From a virus: a DNA stretch of 64,000 bases. Position numbers and translations under genes: made by a program. The notes below the pieces were generated by a model. The model was not told the origin of the DNA and ran no database searches. It worked only from the letters and a program-made list of their open reading frames with translations. The DNA lies in the IMG/VR virus record IMGVR_UViG_3300035145_002457, positions 20,587 through 84,586 of that record, one strand, 5' to 3'. Below, one piece after another: positions 20,169-29,717 of this stretch. Position 1 is the first letter of the stretch, and every line of letters starts with the position of its first letter.

Positions 20169-21511
20169 TTGAATTTAAAGATATAAAAGATGAATTAGAT
20201 CAAGTAGGGTGCGGATTTTGCCTTGCAAAATGGTCGCAGGTTACAATACATTTGGCATCAGGTATTAACCATAGTTGTCATCATGTTGCGGCTCATAAAA
20301 TTCCGTTAGATGAACTTGCAAAAAATCCTAATGCTTTGCACAATACACAGTTTAAGAAAAATCAAAGACGTATGATGTTGAAAAATCAACGTCCGCCGGA
20401 GTGTGATTATTGTTGGAGAATAGAAGACAACACAAATGAGTATAGTGACAGGGTAATTAAGAGCAGTGCAAAGTGGAGTCAGATTGACAAAGAAAAAATT
20501 ATTGCAAGTGATTGGATGGATGACATATATCCAAGGTATGTAGAAATAAGTTTTTCAAATGTATGTAATTTTAAATGTGCATATTGCGGCCCGCCTTTCA
20601 GTAGTAAGTGGGCAGAAGAAATAAAGCAACATGGATTTTACAAACTTAAAAGAAAACCCTACAATAGGATAAGAGAAGAAGAAGTTCCTATTCCTGAACG
20701 TGAAGAAAATCCTTATATTGATGCTTTTTGGAAATGGTTTCCTGAAGCTGTTAAGCATATGCTTGTGTTTAGAATAACAGGCGGTGAGCCTTTGCTTAGT
20801 AAACACACTAAAAAAGTTATTCAGTATCTTAGAGACAACCCACAACCTCAATTAGAATTTGCTATTAACACAAATGCTTGTCCACCAGATAAACTTTGGG
20901 AAGAATTTGTTGATAGTATACGCGAATTAGAAGAAAATAATTGTGTTAAAAATTTCCAACTTTATACAAGTGCTGAAAGTTTTGGAAAACAAGCAGAGTA
21001 TGTTAGGTATGGAATGAATTTTAAACTTTTTGAAAAAAATCTAAAATATTTTATAAAAAATACACATAAAGCAAGAGTATTTTTTATGAGTGCATTTAAC
21101 ATATTAAGTTTACCAACACTTATTCCGTATTTGCGTTTTCTTGTGTCTATGAAAAGAATGAAAGAAAACACAGTGTTTGTAGATTGGGCGTATGTAAGGC
21201 ATCCTGAATTTTTAGACATAAAGGTAGCAGATAAACAGTTGATAGAAAAATACTTAGAGCCTGCACTAGATTTTATGAAAGAACGTAAAAAGAACTCTAA
21301 TAGATTTATGGATCACGAAATATGGAAACTAAAAAGGATATATGAAGACTGTTTGACTAACCTTTCTAGAGAAAATGATTATACACTTGAGTATTGTCAA
21401 TTTTGGCAATTTGTAAATGAATATGACAAAAGGCGAGGCACAAATTTCTTAGAAACATTTCCTGAATTCAAGAATTTTTATAAAAAGTGTGGAGTATATG
21501 CCAATGTATGA
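20165..21511 (+). CDS. Radical SAM enzyme with N-terminal twitch domain (subfamily A)
   Basis: CNFKCAYC (Cx3Cx2C) and ITGGEP. N-terminal FCLAKW...SCHH...ECDYCW. Confidence 0.9.
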   Translation: MIEFKDIKDELDQVGCGFCLAKWSQVTIHLASGINHSCHHVAAHKIPLDELAKNPNALHNTQFKKNQRRMMLKNQRPPECDYCWRIEDNTNEYSDRVIKSSAKWSQIDKEKIIASDWMDDIYPRYVEISFSNVCNFKCAYCGPPFSSKWAEEIKQHGFYKLKRKPYNRIREEEVPIPEREENPYIDAFWKWFPEAVKHMLVFRITGGEPLLSKHTKKVIQYLRDNPQPQLEFAINTNACPPDKLWEEFVDSIRELEENNCVKNFQLYTSAESFGKQAEYVRYGMNFKLFEKNLKYFIKNTHKARVFFMSAFNILSLPTLIPYLRFLVSMKRMKENTVFVDWAYVRHPEFLDIKVADKQLIEKYLEPALDFMKERKKNSNRFMDHEIWKLKRIYEDCLTNLSRENDYTLEYCQFWQFVNEYDKRRGTNFLETFPEFKNFYKKCGVYANV

Positions 21512-22187
21512 TATTGCTTTTATAAGTTATAATGAAAAAGAAGCTGATCAAAACTGGGAAAAATTATCAACAAAGTATCCTTATGCAAAACGCACACACG
21601 GAGTAAAAGGTATACACCAAGCACATATCGCCGCGGCAAATAAAGCAGTAACACCTATGGTATGGTTTGTAGATGCAGATGCTTATATAGAAGATGATTT
21701 TGATTTTAGTTATATCCCACCAAGGAAGGACCGTGATGCTGTACATGTTTGGCGTAGTCGTAACCCTATTAATGATTTAGTTTATGGATATGGTGGTGTT
21801 AAACTATTCCCAAGGATTGCAACTACAAAAGTGGATGTTAATAAACCTGACATGACTACAAGCATAAGTGAAAAATTTATAGCTATGCCTGAAATAAGCA
21901 ATACCACTGCTTTTAATGTAGATCCATTTAGTACTTGGCGCAGTGCATTTAGGGAATGTGCAAAATTAGCAAGCAAAATAATTGATAGACAAAGGGAGGA
22001 TGAAACAGATGAAAGACTCAAGACTTGGACAACCGTGGGACACGATAGAGAGTTTGGTGAATATGCGATTAGAGGTGCTCATGACGGTATGGAGTTTGGC
22101 CTTTCTAGGGGGTCTGATCTTCGGTTAATTAATGATTACAAATGGTTAAAGGAACAGTTTGATGAAAACCCAAGAATTATTAGATAG
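21504..22187 (+). CDS. Glycosyltransferase-like protein (GT-A fold)
   Basis: YDIAFISYNE, HGVKGIHQAH, WFVDAD (DxD), YGYGGVKL and TWRSAFRE. The ATG at 21504 is 9 nt after GGAG. Confidence 0.6.
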   Translation: MYDIAFISYNEKEADQNWEKLSTKYPYAKRTHGVKGIHQAHIAAANKAVTPMVWFVDADAYIEDDFDFSYIPPRKDRDAVHVWRSRNPINDLVYGYGGVKLFPRIATTKVDVNKPDMTTSISEKFIAMPEISNTTAFNVDPFSTWRSAFRECAKLASKIIDRQREDETDERLKTWTTVGHDREFGEYAIRGAHDGMEFGLSRGSDLRLINDYKWLKEQFDENPRIIR

Positions 22188-23070
22188 ATACGAACTGTTA
22201 TATCCGAAAAATACATATATTTCAGATTTACGCAGAGCATATATTGATAAAGATATCAGTAGTATATTTAGATTGCTTCCTGATACTGTTAACGGCACAA
22301 AAGATGATTTACGTAAAGCAGTTTTAGAAAACAATTTACACAGTATATTTAGATTATGCGAAAATGATAATTTAAGAAAATTATTGCTTGAAGATAATGT
22401 TTGGAAGCTCTGGCCGTTACTTGAAAAATATGTGGACACCCATTTTACCTCAGCATTCAAAAGATTTTTTGCAGAGAATATTAAAATTAACAATCATTGT
22501 TTTAGCAGAGGTCAACTACAAAGTAAATTATGGTTAATCGAGGAACTCGAGAACACAGGAGTTGATCTTGGTACTGTGTTTATTTGTGCAGGATGGTATG
22601 CTACACTTGCTACTATGATTTTTGAAAGCAATATGAACGTAGAAAAAATACGTAGCTTTGACATTGACTCAAGTTGTGCTGGAGTTGCTGAAATATTTAA
22701 CAAACCTTGGGTAAAGGATGATTGGCAATTTAAAGCATGTACACAGGATATAATGGAAATTGAATGGCAAGGACATAACTATCCTGTTAAACGTAATGAC
22801 GGCAGTATTTGTATGCTATATGATTCACCAGATACAATAATTAACACTAGTTGCGAACACATAAAAGACTTTGATACATGGTTTAGAAAAATACCTGAAG
22901 GTAAACTTATATGTTTACAGAGCAATAATTACGTTGCCCTGGAAGAACATGTAAATTGTGTAAAAGATAGTTTACATTTTGAAGAAATGACACCATTTAG
23001 TAAAGTATTGTTTACAGGAGAATTGCCGTTAGAAAAATACACGAGGTATATGAGAATTGGAATTAAGTAA
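22162..23070 (+). CDS. Class I SAM-dependent methyltransferase-like protein with N-terminal helical repeats
   Basis: VFICAGWY (degenerate motif I), IRSFDID and DTIINTSCEH. Repeated DLR...S IFRL units at the N-terminus. Confidence 0.55.
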   Translation: MKTQELLDRYELLYPKNTYISDLRRAYIDKDISSIFRLLPDTVNGTKDDLRKAVLENNLHSIFRLCENDNLRKLLLEDNVWKLWPLLEKYVDTHFTSAFKRFFAENIKINNHCFSRGQLQSKLWLIEELENTGVDLGTVFICAGWYATLATMIFESNMNVEKIRSFDIDSSCAGVAEIFNKPWVKDDWQFKACTQDIMEIEWQGHNYPVKRNDGSICMLYDSPDTIINTSCEHIKDFDTWFRKIPEGKLICLQSNNYVALEEHVNCVKDSLHFEEMTPFSKVLFTGELPLEKYTRYMRIGIK

Positions 23071-23281
23071 TCTTACAGTTAGACAATTGCAACAAGAAAG
23101 TGCTAGGGCTTTAAGTACAATGCAAGCTACTAATAATAACATTTATCAGTTTAATAAACAAGCACATCACAACAGCCATAATTGGTATGCGGCTGTTATA
23201 GATTGGTATGTAAAAGAATATGGAGATTTACCTAGCCGTGCAGGCCCTGGAAAAAATGTAAGGTTAGTTTTAGATGAATAA
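23057..23281 (+). CDS. Small hypothetical protein, 74 aa (TTG start)
   Basis: GAGG SD upstream; overlaps both neighbours. Confidence 0.55.
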   Translation: MELSNLTVRQLQQESARALSTMQATNNNIYQFNKQAHHNSHNWYAAVIDWYVKEYGDLPSRAGPGKNVRLVLDE

Positions 23282-24410
23282 AATTGTTTTAAAATTTGTT
23301 GATGACAACCAATACAAACTAAATGTTGCAGTAAAAAATTTTAATTTATCAGCAAACACTGGTGCTAGAATAAATTCTTATTTTAGTACTTCTTTAAATA
23401 GTTTATATGACTCTGTAGATGCTATAGAAGATAATAATATTTTTGACCCTAATAATTTTTATATTTTTCCTATATTCTATTTTCACGAAGAAACAGATCC
23501 ACAATACGAATATTGGGTGTCTTTCCTAAAATATTTTGCAAAAAATAACTATGAAAGATTGAAAAACAAAAACACATGTCTTTGTATTTGTGATTTGTTT
23601 GAAAGCAGTAGAAATCTTGTTAAAGTTGCAGAAGAAATTAAATTTAAATATCCAGAAATAAAAATATGGATATTGACTGCTGATAAAAAACTATCTTCTA
23701 AAATTGTAAAAGTAATTTATAACGATGTATGGATATCCCAATTCCACCCAAAGACATCCGTAATGCCGTACAAGCCAAAAAAATTATACATTAATCTTAC
23801 TAGAGTAGCTAGGTATCATAGGTGTGTGTTAGCTGATAGTTTAATTAGTAACAATTTACTAAAAATTGGATACAATACCTGGGGTGATGTTTATGATGCT
23901 TTTGAAATGTATAAACAAGATCATCCTAAAACTAAAATTGCACAAGCAAAATTTGATGTTTTAGATATTGAAGATCTTAGTAAAACAAATCCTAATGATG
24001 TAGTTCCAGAATCTCACTGTAAAAAAAGTTTTTTATATCTTGCAACGGAAACACATGTAGATAGCGGATATATGTTTTTTAGTGAAAAGGTATACAAACC
24101 TATTGGTCTTGGTATGCCGTTTATTACACTAGGCAATCCAGGTACATTAGAGGATTTAAGACAGCGTGGATTTTTTACTTTTAGTGAATGGTTTGATGAA
24201 AGTTATGATTTAGACTTACCTTTACAAAAACGCATAGACATTATATGCAAAAACTTAATTACACTTTCAAAATATAGAGCAGATGATCTTATAAAAATAC
24301 GTAAAGAAATGAAAGGTATTTTAGAATATAATCAGCAGTTATATGCACTACTACAAAAGAAAAATAGTTTAAAACAAACATTGCGTCTAGCCGCAGAAGG
24401 AATACTATGA
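23274..24410 (+). CDS. Putative glycosyltransferase-like protein (GT-B-like C-terminal motif)
   Basis: FLYLATET...FFSEKVYKPI...PFITLGNPG...GFFTFSEWFDESYD, similar to the TE...SEK motif of GT10-like proteins. Paralog of 46702. Confidence 0.5.
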   Translation: MNKIVLKFVDDNQYKLNVAVKNFNLSANTGARINSYFSTSLNSLYDSVDAIEDNNIFDPNNFYIFPIFYFHEETDPQYEYWVSFLKYFAKNNYERLKNKNTCLCICDLFESSRNLVKVAEEIKFKYPEIKIWILTADKKLSSKIVKVIYNDVWISQFHPKTSVMPYKPKKLYINLTRVARYHRCVLADSLISNNLLKIGYNTWGDVYDAFEMYKQDHPKTKIAQAKFDVLDIEDLSKTNPNDVVPESHCKKSFLYLATETHVDSGYMFFSEKVYKPIGLGMPFITLGNPGTLEDLRQRGFFTFSEWFDESYDLDLPLQKRIDIICKNLITLSKYRADDLIKIRKEMKGILEYNQQLYALLQKKNSLKQTLRLAAEGIL

Positions 24411-25336
24411 AAAAAATATTTCCTGATAATCCAAACGGCATGAATATAGAGTGGGTGGTGAGTAATATTTGTAATTACTCTTGTAGTTACTGCCAAGAAG
24501 ACTTATACGGCGGCACATCAGGACAACCTGATTATAAAAAAGCATTAGAATTTTTTGATTATATACATAAAGAAGTGCAACCAGGACCCAAGTTACTAAA
24601 TCTTACAGGTGGTGAACCAACAGTATGGCCTAAACTTATTCCTTTTTTAAATGAGTTAGACAAAAGTTATTTTACACAACTAACAACTAATGGATCAAGA
24701 ACCGTGAACTGGTGGAAACGCTTATTAAATAACTGTGATAATATAGCAAGAGTTGCAATAAGTACTCATCTAGAATTTGCAAGTTTAGATCATATTTTTA
24801 ATGTAGGAGAAGTATTACACAAACGCACCAATCTTACTTTATTACTTTTAGCAGACAAGAAAAACTTTCATATGATTGAAGAATATGCTGAAAAATTTAA
24901 AGAGTTAGAATGTTCTATACTTGTAAAACCTATAAGAGGAATTGATGGGGTGGCACAAGAATATACAGATGAGCAAAAAGCATTTATAAGGTTATTTAAA
25001 CATTACAGTTCTAATATTCCTAATCCAAAAGGAATTCCTACCCATTTAGTTGTAGATGACCAACCAAAACCCTATTCTTATGGATTAGAATTAGTTAGCC
25101 AAAACAAACACAGTTTTCAAGGATGGAAATGTGCTTTAGGTAAAACAAGAGTAGTTATATGGCACAATGGCGATATTAGTCTCGCTCAATGTAGCACAGC
25201 AAGGGCAATGGATCTTGGGAACATATACAAAGGCAATTATTCTATTCCTGATAGTCCTGTAATATGTAAAACTAAGTATTGTACATGTTTACCTGATATA
25301 CGCATACCTAAGTGGAGAGAAGATGTACAAGTATGA
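24407..25336 (+). CDS. Radical SAM enzyme with C-terminal twitch/SPASM-like domain (subfamily C)
   Basis: CNYSCSYC and LTGGEPT. C-terminal GWKCALG...AQC...ICKTKYCTC. Confidence 0.9.
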   Translation: MKKIFPDNPNGMNIEWVVSNICNYSCSYCQEDLYGGTSGQPDYKKALEFFDYIHKEVQPGPKLLNLTGGEPTVWPKLIPFLNELDKSYFTQLTTNGSRTVNWWKRLLNNCDNIARVAISTHLEFASLDHIFNVGEVLHKRTNLTLLLLADKKNFHMIEEYAEKFKELECSILVKPIRGIDGVAQEYTDEQKAFIRLFKHYSSNIPNPKGIPTHLVVDDQPKPYSYGLELVSQNKHSFQGWKCALGKTRVVIWHNGDISLAQCSTARAMDLGNIYKGNYSIPDSPVICKTKYCTCLPDIRIPKWREDVQV

Positions 25337-26390
25337 AGATATAAAAACAATACATCTTGAAGTTACACAAAACTGTCAAGCAAGTTGTCCTATGTGTGAC
25401 CGCAACATGAATGGTGAAGGAATAAATCCTCATATTAATCTTGATGAATTGTCTTATAAAGATTGCACAAACATATTTCCTGCTTCCTTTATAAAACAAT
25501 TAGACACAATGTATATGTGTGGTAACTTAGGCGATCCAATTGTAGCACGAGATACTTTAGAAATTTTTGAATACTTTCGTTGGGCTAATCCCAACATGTG
25601 GTTAAGCATGAATACAAACGCAGGAGCAAGAGATGAACAATGGTGGACTAAACTGGCCCATGTCTTTGGAAGAATGGGGGCTGTTATTTTTAGTGTGGAC
25701 GGTCTTAGTGATACGAATCATTTATATAGACAAGGGGTAGTTTGGGAAAATGTTGAACGCAACATGCAAGCATTTATTAACGCAGGCGGCAGAGCTCGAT
25801 GGGACTTCCTAATATTCGAACACAACCAACACCAAGTAGAAGAAGCTGAAGCCCTTGCTAATAAATGGGGTTGTGAAAAATTTATTAAAAAGAAAACAGG
25901 CAGATTTGTAGACGCAAAAACAAATAAGAAAGAAAGTCATCAAGCCAAAGACCGTAAAGGCAAAGACTCAGCTGAACTTAAAAAACCCGACGAGAAATAT
26001 CAAAACAAAGCACTTACTAAACAAGAAACAATTCTAAAAAAATATGGATCAATGGATGCTTATTATGATGCAACTCCTGTGATATGTAAAGTAAAAAAAG
26101 AAAACAGTTTGTTTATCACAGCAGAAGGCCTGGCATTGCCTTGTTGTTGGACTGCTGGTAGAATGTACAAGTGGTGGCATAAAGATCCTAAGGTAGAACA
26201 GATATGGGATTTTATTCCAGATAAACGTGCATTAGATGCACGTCAAGGATTACAAAAAGTTTTTGATACAGGTATATTTGAACAAATACAAGACAGTTGG
26301 AATAAACCTAGTTGTGCGGAAGGCAAGTTAAAAGTGTGTGCAACAAAGTGTGGTGCCGAGTTTGATCCTTTCACAGAACAGTTCAAATAA
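25323..26390 (+). CDS. Radical SAM enzyme with C-terminal twitch domain (subfamily B)
   Basis: CQASCPMC, CGNLGDP and FSVDGL.DTNHLYR. C-terminal ICK...PCCW...CATKCG. Confidence 0.9.
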   Translation: MYKYEDIKTIHLEVTQNCQASCPMCDRNMNGEGINPHINLDELSYKDCTNIFPASFIKQLDTMYMCGNLGDPIVARDTLEIFEYFRWANPNMWLSMNTNAGARDEQWWTKLAHVFGRMGAVIFSVDGLSDTNHLYRQGVVWENVERNMQAFINAGGRARWDFLIFEHNQHQVEEAEALANKWGCEKFIKKKTGRFVDAKTNKKESHQAKDRKGKDSAELKKPDEKYQNKALTKQETILKKYGSMDAYYDATPVICKVKKENSLFITAEGLALPCCWTAGRMYKWWHKDPKVEQIWDFIPDKRALDARQGLQKVFDTGIFEQIQDSWNKPSCAEGKLKVCATKCGAEFDPFTEQFK

Positions 26391-26398
26391 GTAAGTAT

Positions 26399-27802
26399 AT
26401 GAGTGATATTTCCCCTACATTTTGTGCCTTGCCTTGGTTACACCTTAGTTCTCGACCAGATGGTAAGATGAGAACATGCTGTACATCAAATGCAAGCAGT
26501 GTACAAGATCCAGATTCAAATAAAAAAGTTGGCGGCGGCGAAGTTGGCGTTGTAAAAAACGATGACGGTATACCTGCTAACTTTAACCACACAAGTTTAG
26601 AAGAAGCATGGAACAGTGCTTATATGCGTAATGTTCGAAAAATGATGTTGCGTGGTGAAAAGCCTGCTAGTTGTTTAAAGTGTTACAAAGAAGAAGATGC
26701 AGGACATCTTAGTAAACGCAACTGGGAAACAGAATACTGGGGCAACAGATACGATTTACAGCAACTAATAGACGAAACTAAAGAAGATGGCAGTATTCCT
26801 CCTAAGATACGCTATATAGACCTTAGAATGGGTACAAAGTGCCAATTAGCGTGTGTTATGTGCAGTCCGCACGATAGTTCAGGATGGATAAAAGATTGGC
26901 AAGCAATTAATCCTAAAATTACTAACGAAAAATTAGCAAACACAAGCCAATGGACAAACAAAGGACGCAATCACGGAGCAAGTTATAACTGGCACAAAAA
27001 CAACCCACGCTTCTGGAAAGATCTTATGGATCAGATTCCGCATATGTATCAACTATATTTTGCAGGTGGCGAAAGTCTTATAATTGATGAACACTATGAA
27101 CTATTAGAAGAATGTATCAAACGCGGACATGCTAACGGCATAGAACTACGTTATAATTCAAATGCAGTTGAATGGCGCAAAGATTTACCAGAACTATGGA
27201 GCCATTTTAAGCGTGTGCGTTTCCATTACAGTATTGATGCATATGGTGAACAAAACGATTACATACGCTATCCTAGTAACTGGGAACATCAAGAGCGTGT
27301 GTTCCATATGCTAGATAACACAGCACCGCAAGTAGAAGTCACAACAGCAACAACTATTATGGCATTGAATGTTGCATATATTCCAGAGTTTGTGCAATGG
27401 AAAGTACAGCAAGGATTTAAAAAACTTAACAAATGGCCATTAGGTGCAGGTGGTATTAACATGCACTTTGCATATTGGCCTCCACAGTTAAATGTAAAAG
27501 TTTTACCTAAAGATATTAAACAACAGATTACAGACAAATATGAAAATGAATTTTATCCTTGGCTAGAAGAAAACTGGCAACTGTTCACTGGTGTGCAAGA
27601 AGCAGGAATCACTAAAGAACAATGGCTTAATGCACCTTACGGTATGAAGCGATATAAAGGTATTATTAACTTTATGAATTCTGAAGATTGGAGTGCAAGG
27701 CTTCCTGAAACAAAAGAATACCTTAACCTTGTAAATGAACGTAGAGGATGGACAGAAAAATTTCCGCAAGTGTTTCCTATACTAAAGGATATTATAAAAT
27801 GA
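26399..27802 (+). CDS. Radical SAM enzyme with N-terminal twitch domain (subfamily A)
   Basis: FCALPW...RTCC...SCLKCY, then CQLACVMC and FAGGES. Confidence 0.9.
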   Translation: MSDISPTFCALPWLHLSSRPDGKMRTCCTSNASSVQDPDSNKKVGGGEVGVVKNDDGIPANFNHTSLEEAWNSAYMRNVRKMMLRGEKPASCLKCYKEEDAGHLSKRNWETEYWGNRYDLQQLIDETKEDGSIPPKIRYIDLRMGTKCQLACVMCSPHDSSGWIKDWQAINPKITNEKLANTSQWTNKGRNHGASYNWHKNNPRFWKDLMDQIPHMYQLYFAGGESLIIDEHYELLEECIKRGHANGIELRYNSNAVEWRKDLPELWSHFKRVRFHYSIDAYGEQNDYIRYPSNWEHQERVFHMLDNTAPQVEVTTATTIMALNVAYIPEFVQWKVQQGFKKLNKWPLGAGGINMHFAYWPPQLNVKVLPKDIKQQITDKYENEFYPWLEENWQLFTGVQEAGITKEQWLNAPYGMKRYKGIINFMNSEDWSARLPETKEYLNLVNERRGWTEKFPQVFPILKDIIK

Positions 27803-28392
27803 AGTTAGCAGTATTTGGATGTAGTCATTCGGGATGCGGTCCCAGAGATTGGAATGAAACTTGGCCATATCATTTATACAAAACCACAAAATTAGAAATA
27901 CACAATTTTGCAGTTGGAGGAACTAGTACGCAGTTCCAATACGGGTTTTTTAAAAAACATATTGATAAATTTGATAAATTTATTTTTCAATATACTAGCC
28001 CGTACAGATTTACTGAATATAGAACAATAACTGAACAAAACGGTGATTTACCTACGGATATGGATAAATTTAGAAAATATACGTACTTCGCTCAAGGTAC
28101 AGGTAATTATTTAATATGTAACACATCTGCAAATTTTAACAAAAGATACAAAAGTTGGATAAAAAAAGACAAGGGCGAAATTGAAAAAGAATACAAAAAC
28201 ATTTGCAAAGAAGTAGATGATCATGAAAAATGTTTATTTTCTTTTCATTTTGTTAGAAATCCAACTAATGTAAAAGGTATAGAAATTATGCAAAACAATT
28301 TCCCTGAGATTATACCGAATCCAAATATACATCTTAGTAGCGAAGAAAATAAGATTATTGCAAACTATATAAAGGAAAAATGTAACCTATGA
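27799..28392 (+). CDS. SGNH/GDSL-hydrolase-like protein
   Basis: MKLAVFGCSHS (GDS-like block I), NFAVGGTS (block II) and C-terminal HLSSEENKIIANYI. ATG at 27799 follows AAGGA. Confidence 0.55.
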   Translation: MKLAVFGCSHSGCGPRDWNETWPYHLYKTTKLEIHNFAVGGTSTQFQYGFFKKHIDKFDKFIFQYTSPYRFTEYRTITEQNGDLPTDMDKFRKYTYFAQGTGNYLICNTSANFNKRYKSWIKKDKGEIEKEYKNICKEVDDHEKCLFSFHFVRNPTNVKGIEIMQNNFPEIIPNPNIHLSSEENKIIANYIKEKCNL

Positions 28393-29717
28393 ATATAGAT
28401 GATAAAAATTTTTGTGTTGTTCCTTTTGTACAGTTGAATACTAGAGGTAAAGGTGATGCTAGGGTATGTTGTAGTATTACAGGTATTGAAAGAGGTATAC
28501 CTAAAGATTTAGTTTTAGATGATCTTAATAACGAAAACTATACTGCACAAACGCCTGTATACAATTTACAAAATGATGCTATTGCAGATTTATGGAATAG
28601 CAAGTTCATGAAAGACTTTCGTATGAAAATGCTTCGTGGAGAACATATTCCTGCTTGCGAATTTTGTCATCGCATGGAAGCAAGTGGACTAACATCTAAG
28701 CGAATAGGAAAAAATAAAAGATTTAAACAAAAAACTTTACCATTACTCCAAAAGTATTATGAACGTAACGGATATGTTGATATCATGCCACAGTGGTGGG
28801 AAATACGTTTGTCAACAAAATGCAATCTAAGTTGTATAATGTGTACTCCTGGACTTAGTTCAATGATGTATAAAGAATATTCAAAATGGGAAAAGCAAGG
28901 CAAGATTATTCCTATGATGCAGGGTGCTTTAGATATTGCTAAAGAAAGCGGAGAGGAATATCTCAGCAGTAGCAAATATTTCAAAGAGCAAATTATGGAT
29001 AATTTAGAACATTGTTTGTTTATGGAATTCAGAGGAGGCGAAGTATTTGCTGACAAACCTAGTGTAAAATTTATAGACAGCATTGGTGATACAGCACATG
29101 CAAAAAATATCGAACTAGATATTAGTACAAATGCTACATTAATTACACCAGAAGTAGTTGATGTGCTCAATAAGTTTAAGGGCGGCACACTACGGTTTAG
29201 TATAGATAGTTTCGATGAAGAAGATGAATATATTAGATACCATACGGAATGGCAAAGTGTTATAGATAGTATGAAGCATAGTAGGAAATTACACAAAGGT
29301 TGGAGATTTTTGACACAAACAACTGTGCAGTATTTAAATTGTCTTAGCATGGATAAGCTAGTCAACTTCTTTAACGATTTTATTCAAGAAGATGATTCAC
29401 AAAGATTTTATTTGGGATTTACAACTGTAAGAGGTAAAGATTTTTTAAGACACGAAATGGTCCCTTTACAAACTAGGAAACAACAAATAGAAAAACTACT
29501 AAAATTAAAAAGTTCGCACTACATTTTTAACGAACACAAAAACAAAGACATATATTGCAAATCACTTGATATGTTAATATCAACATTAAATATGCCTGAA
29601 TACAATGATAAAAATTTAGACGACAGAGCAAGACAATATTTTGACAAATTGACTGAGCTAAGAAATTTAGATTATTACAAACAATTTCCTCAACTACAAA
29701 GGTTAACAAATGTATAA
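28389..29717 (+). CDS. Radical SAM enzyme with N-terminal twitch domain (subfamily A)
   Basis: FCVVPF...RVCC...ACEFCH, then CNLSCIMC and FRGGEV. Confidence 0.9.
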   Translation: MNIDDKNFCVVPFVQLNTRGKGDARVCCSITGIERGIPKDLVLDDLNNENYTAQTPVYNLQNDAIADLWNSKFMKDFRMKMLRGEHIPACEFCHRMEASGLTSKRIGKNKRFKQKTLPLLQKYYERNGYVDIMPQWWEIRLSTKCNLSCIMCTPGLSSMMYKEYSKWEKQGKIIPMMQGALDIAKESGEEYLSSSKYFKEQIMDNLEHCLFMEFRGGEVFADKPSVKFIDSIGDTAHAKNIELDISTNATLITPEVVDVLNKFKGGTLRFSIDSFDEEDEYIRYHTEWQSVIDSMKHSRKLHKGWRFLTQTTVQYLNCLSMDKLVNFFNDFIQEDDSQRFYLGFTTVRGKDFLRHEMVPLQTRKQQIEKLLKLKSSHYIFNEHKNKDIYCKSLDMLISTLNMPEYNDKNLDDRARQYFDKLTELRNLDYYKQFPQLQRLTNV

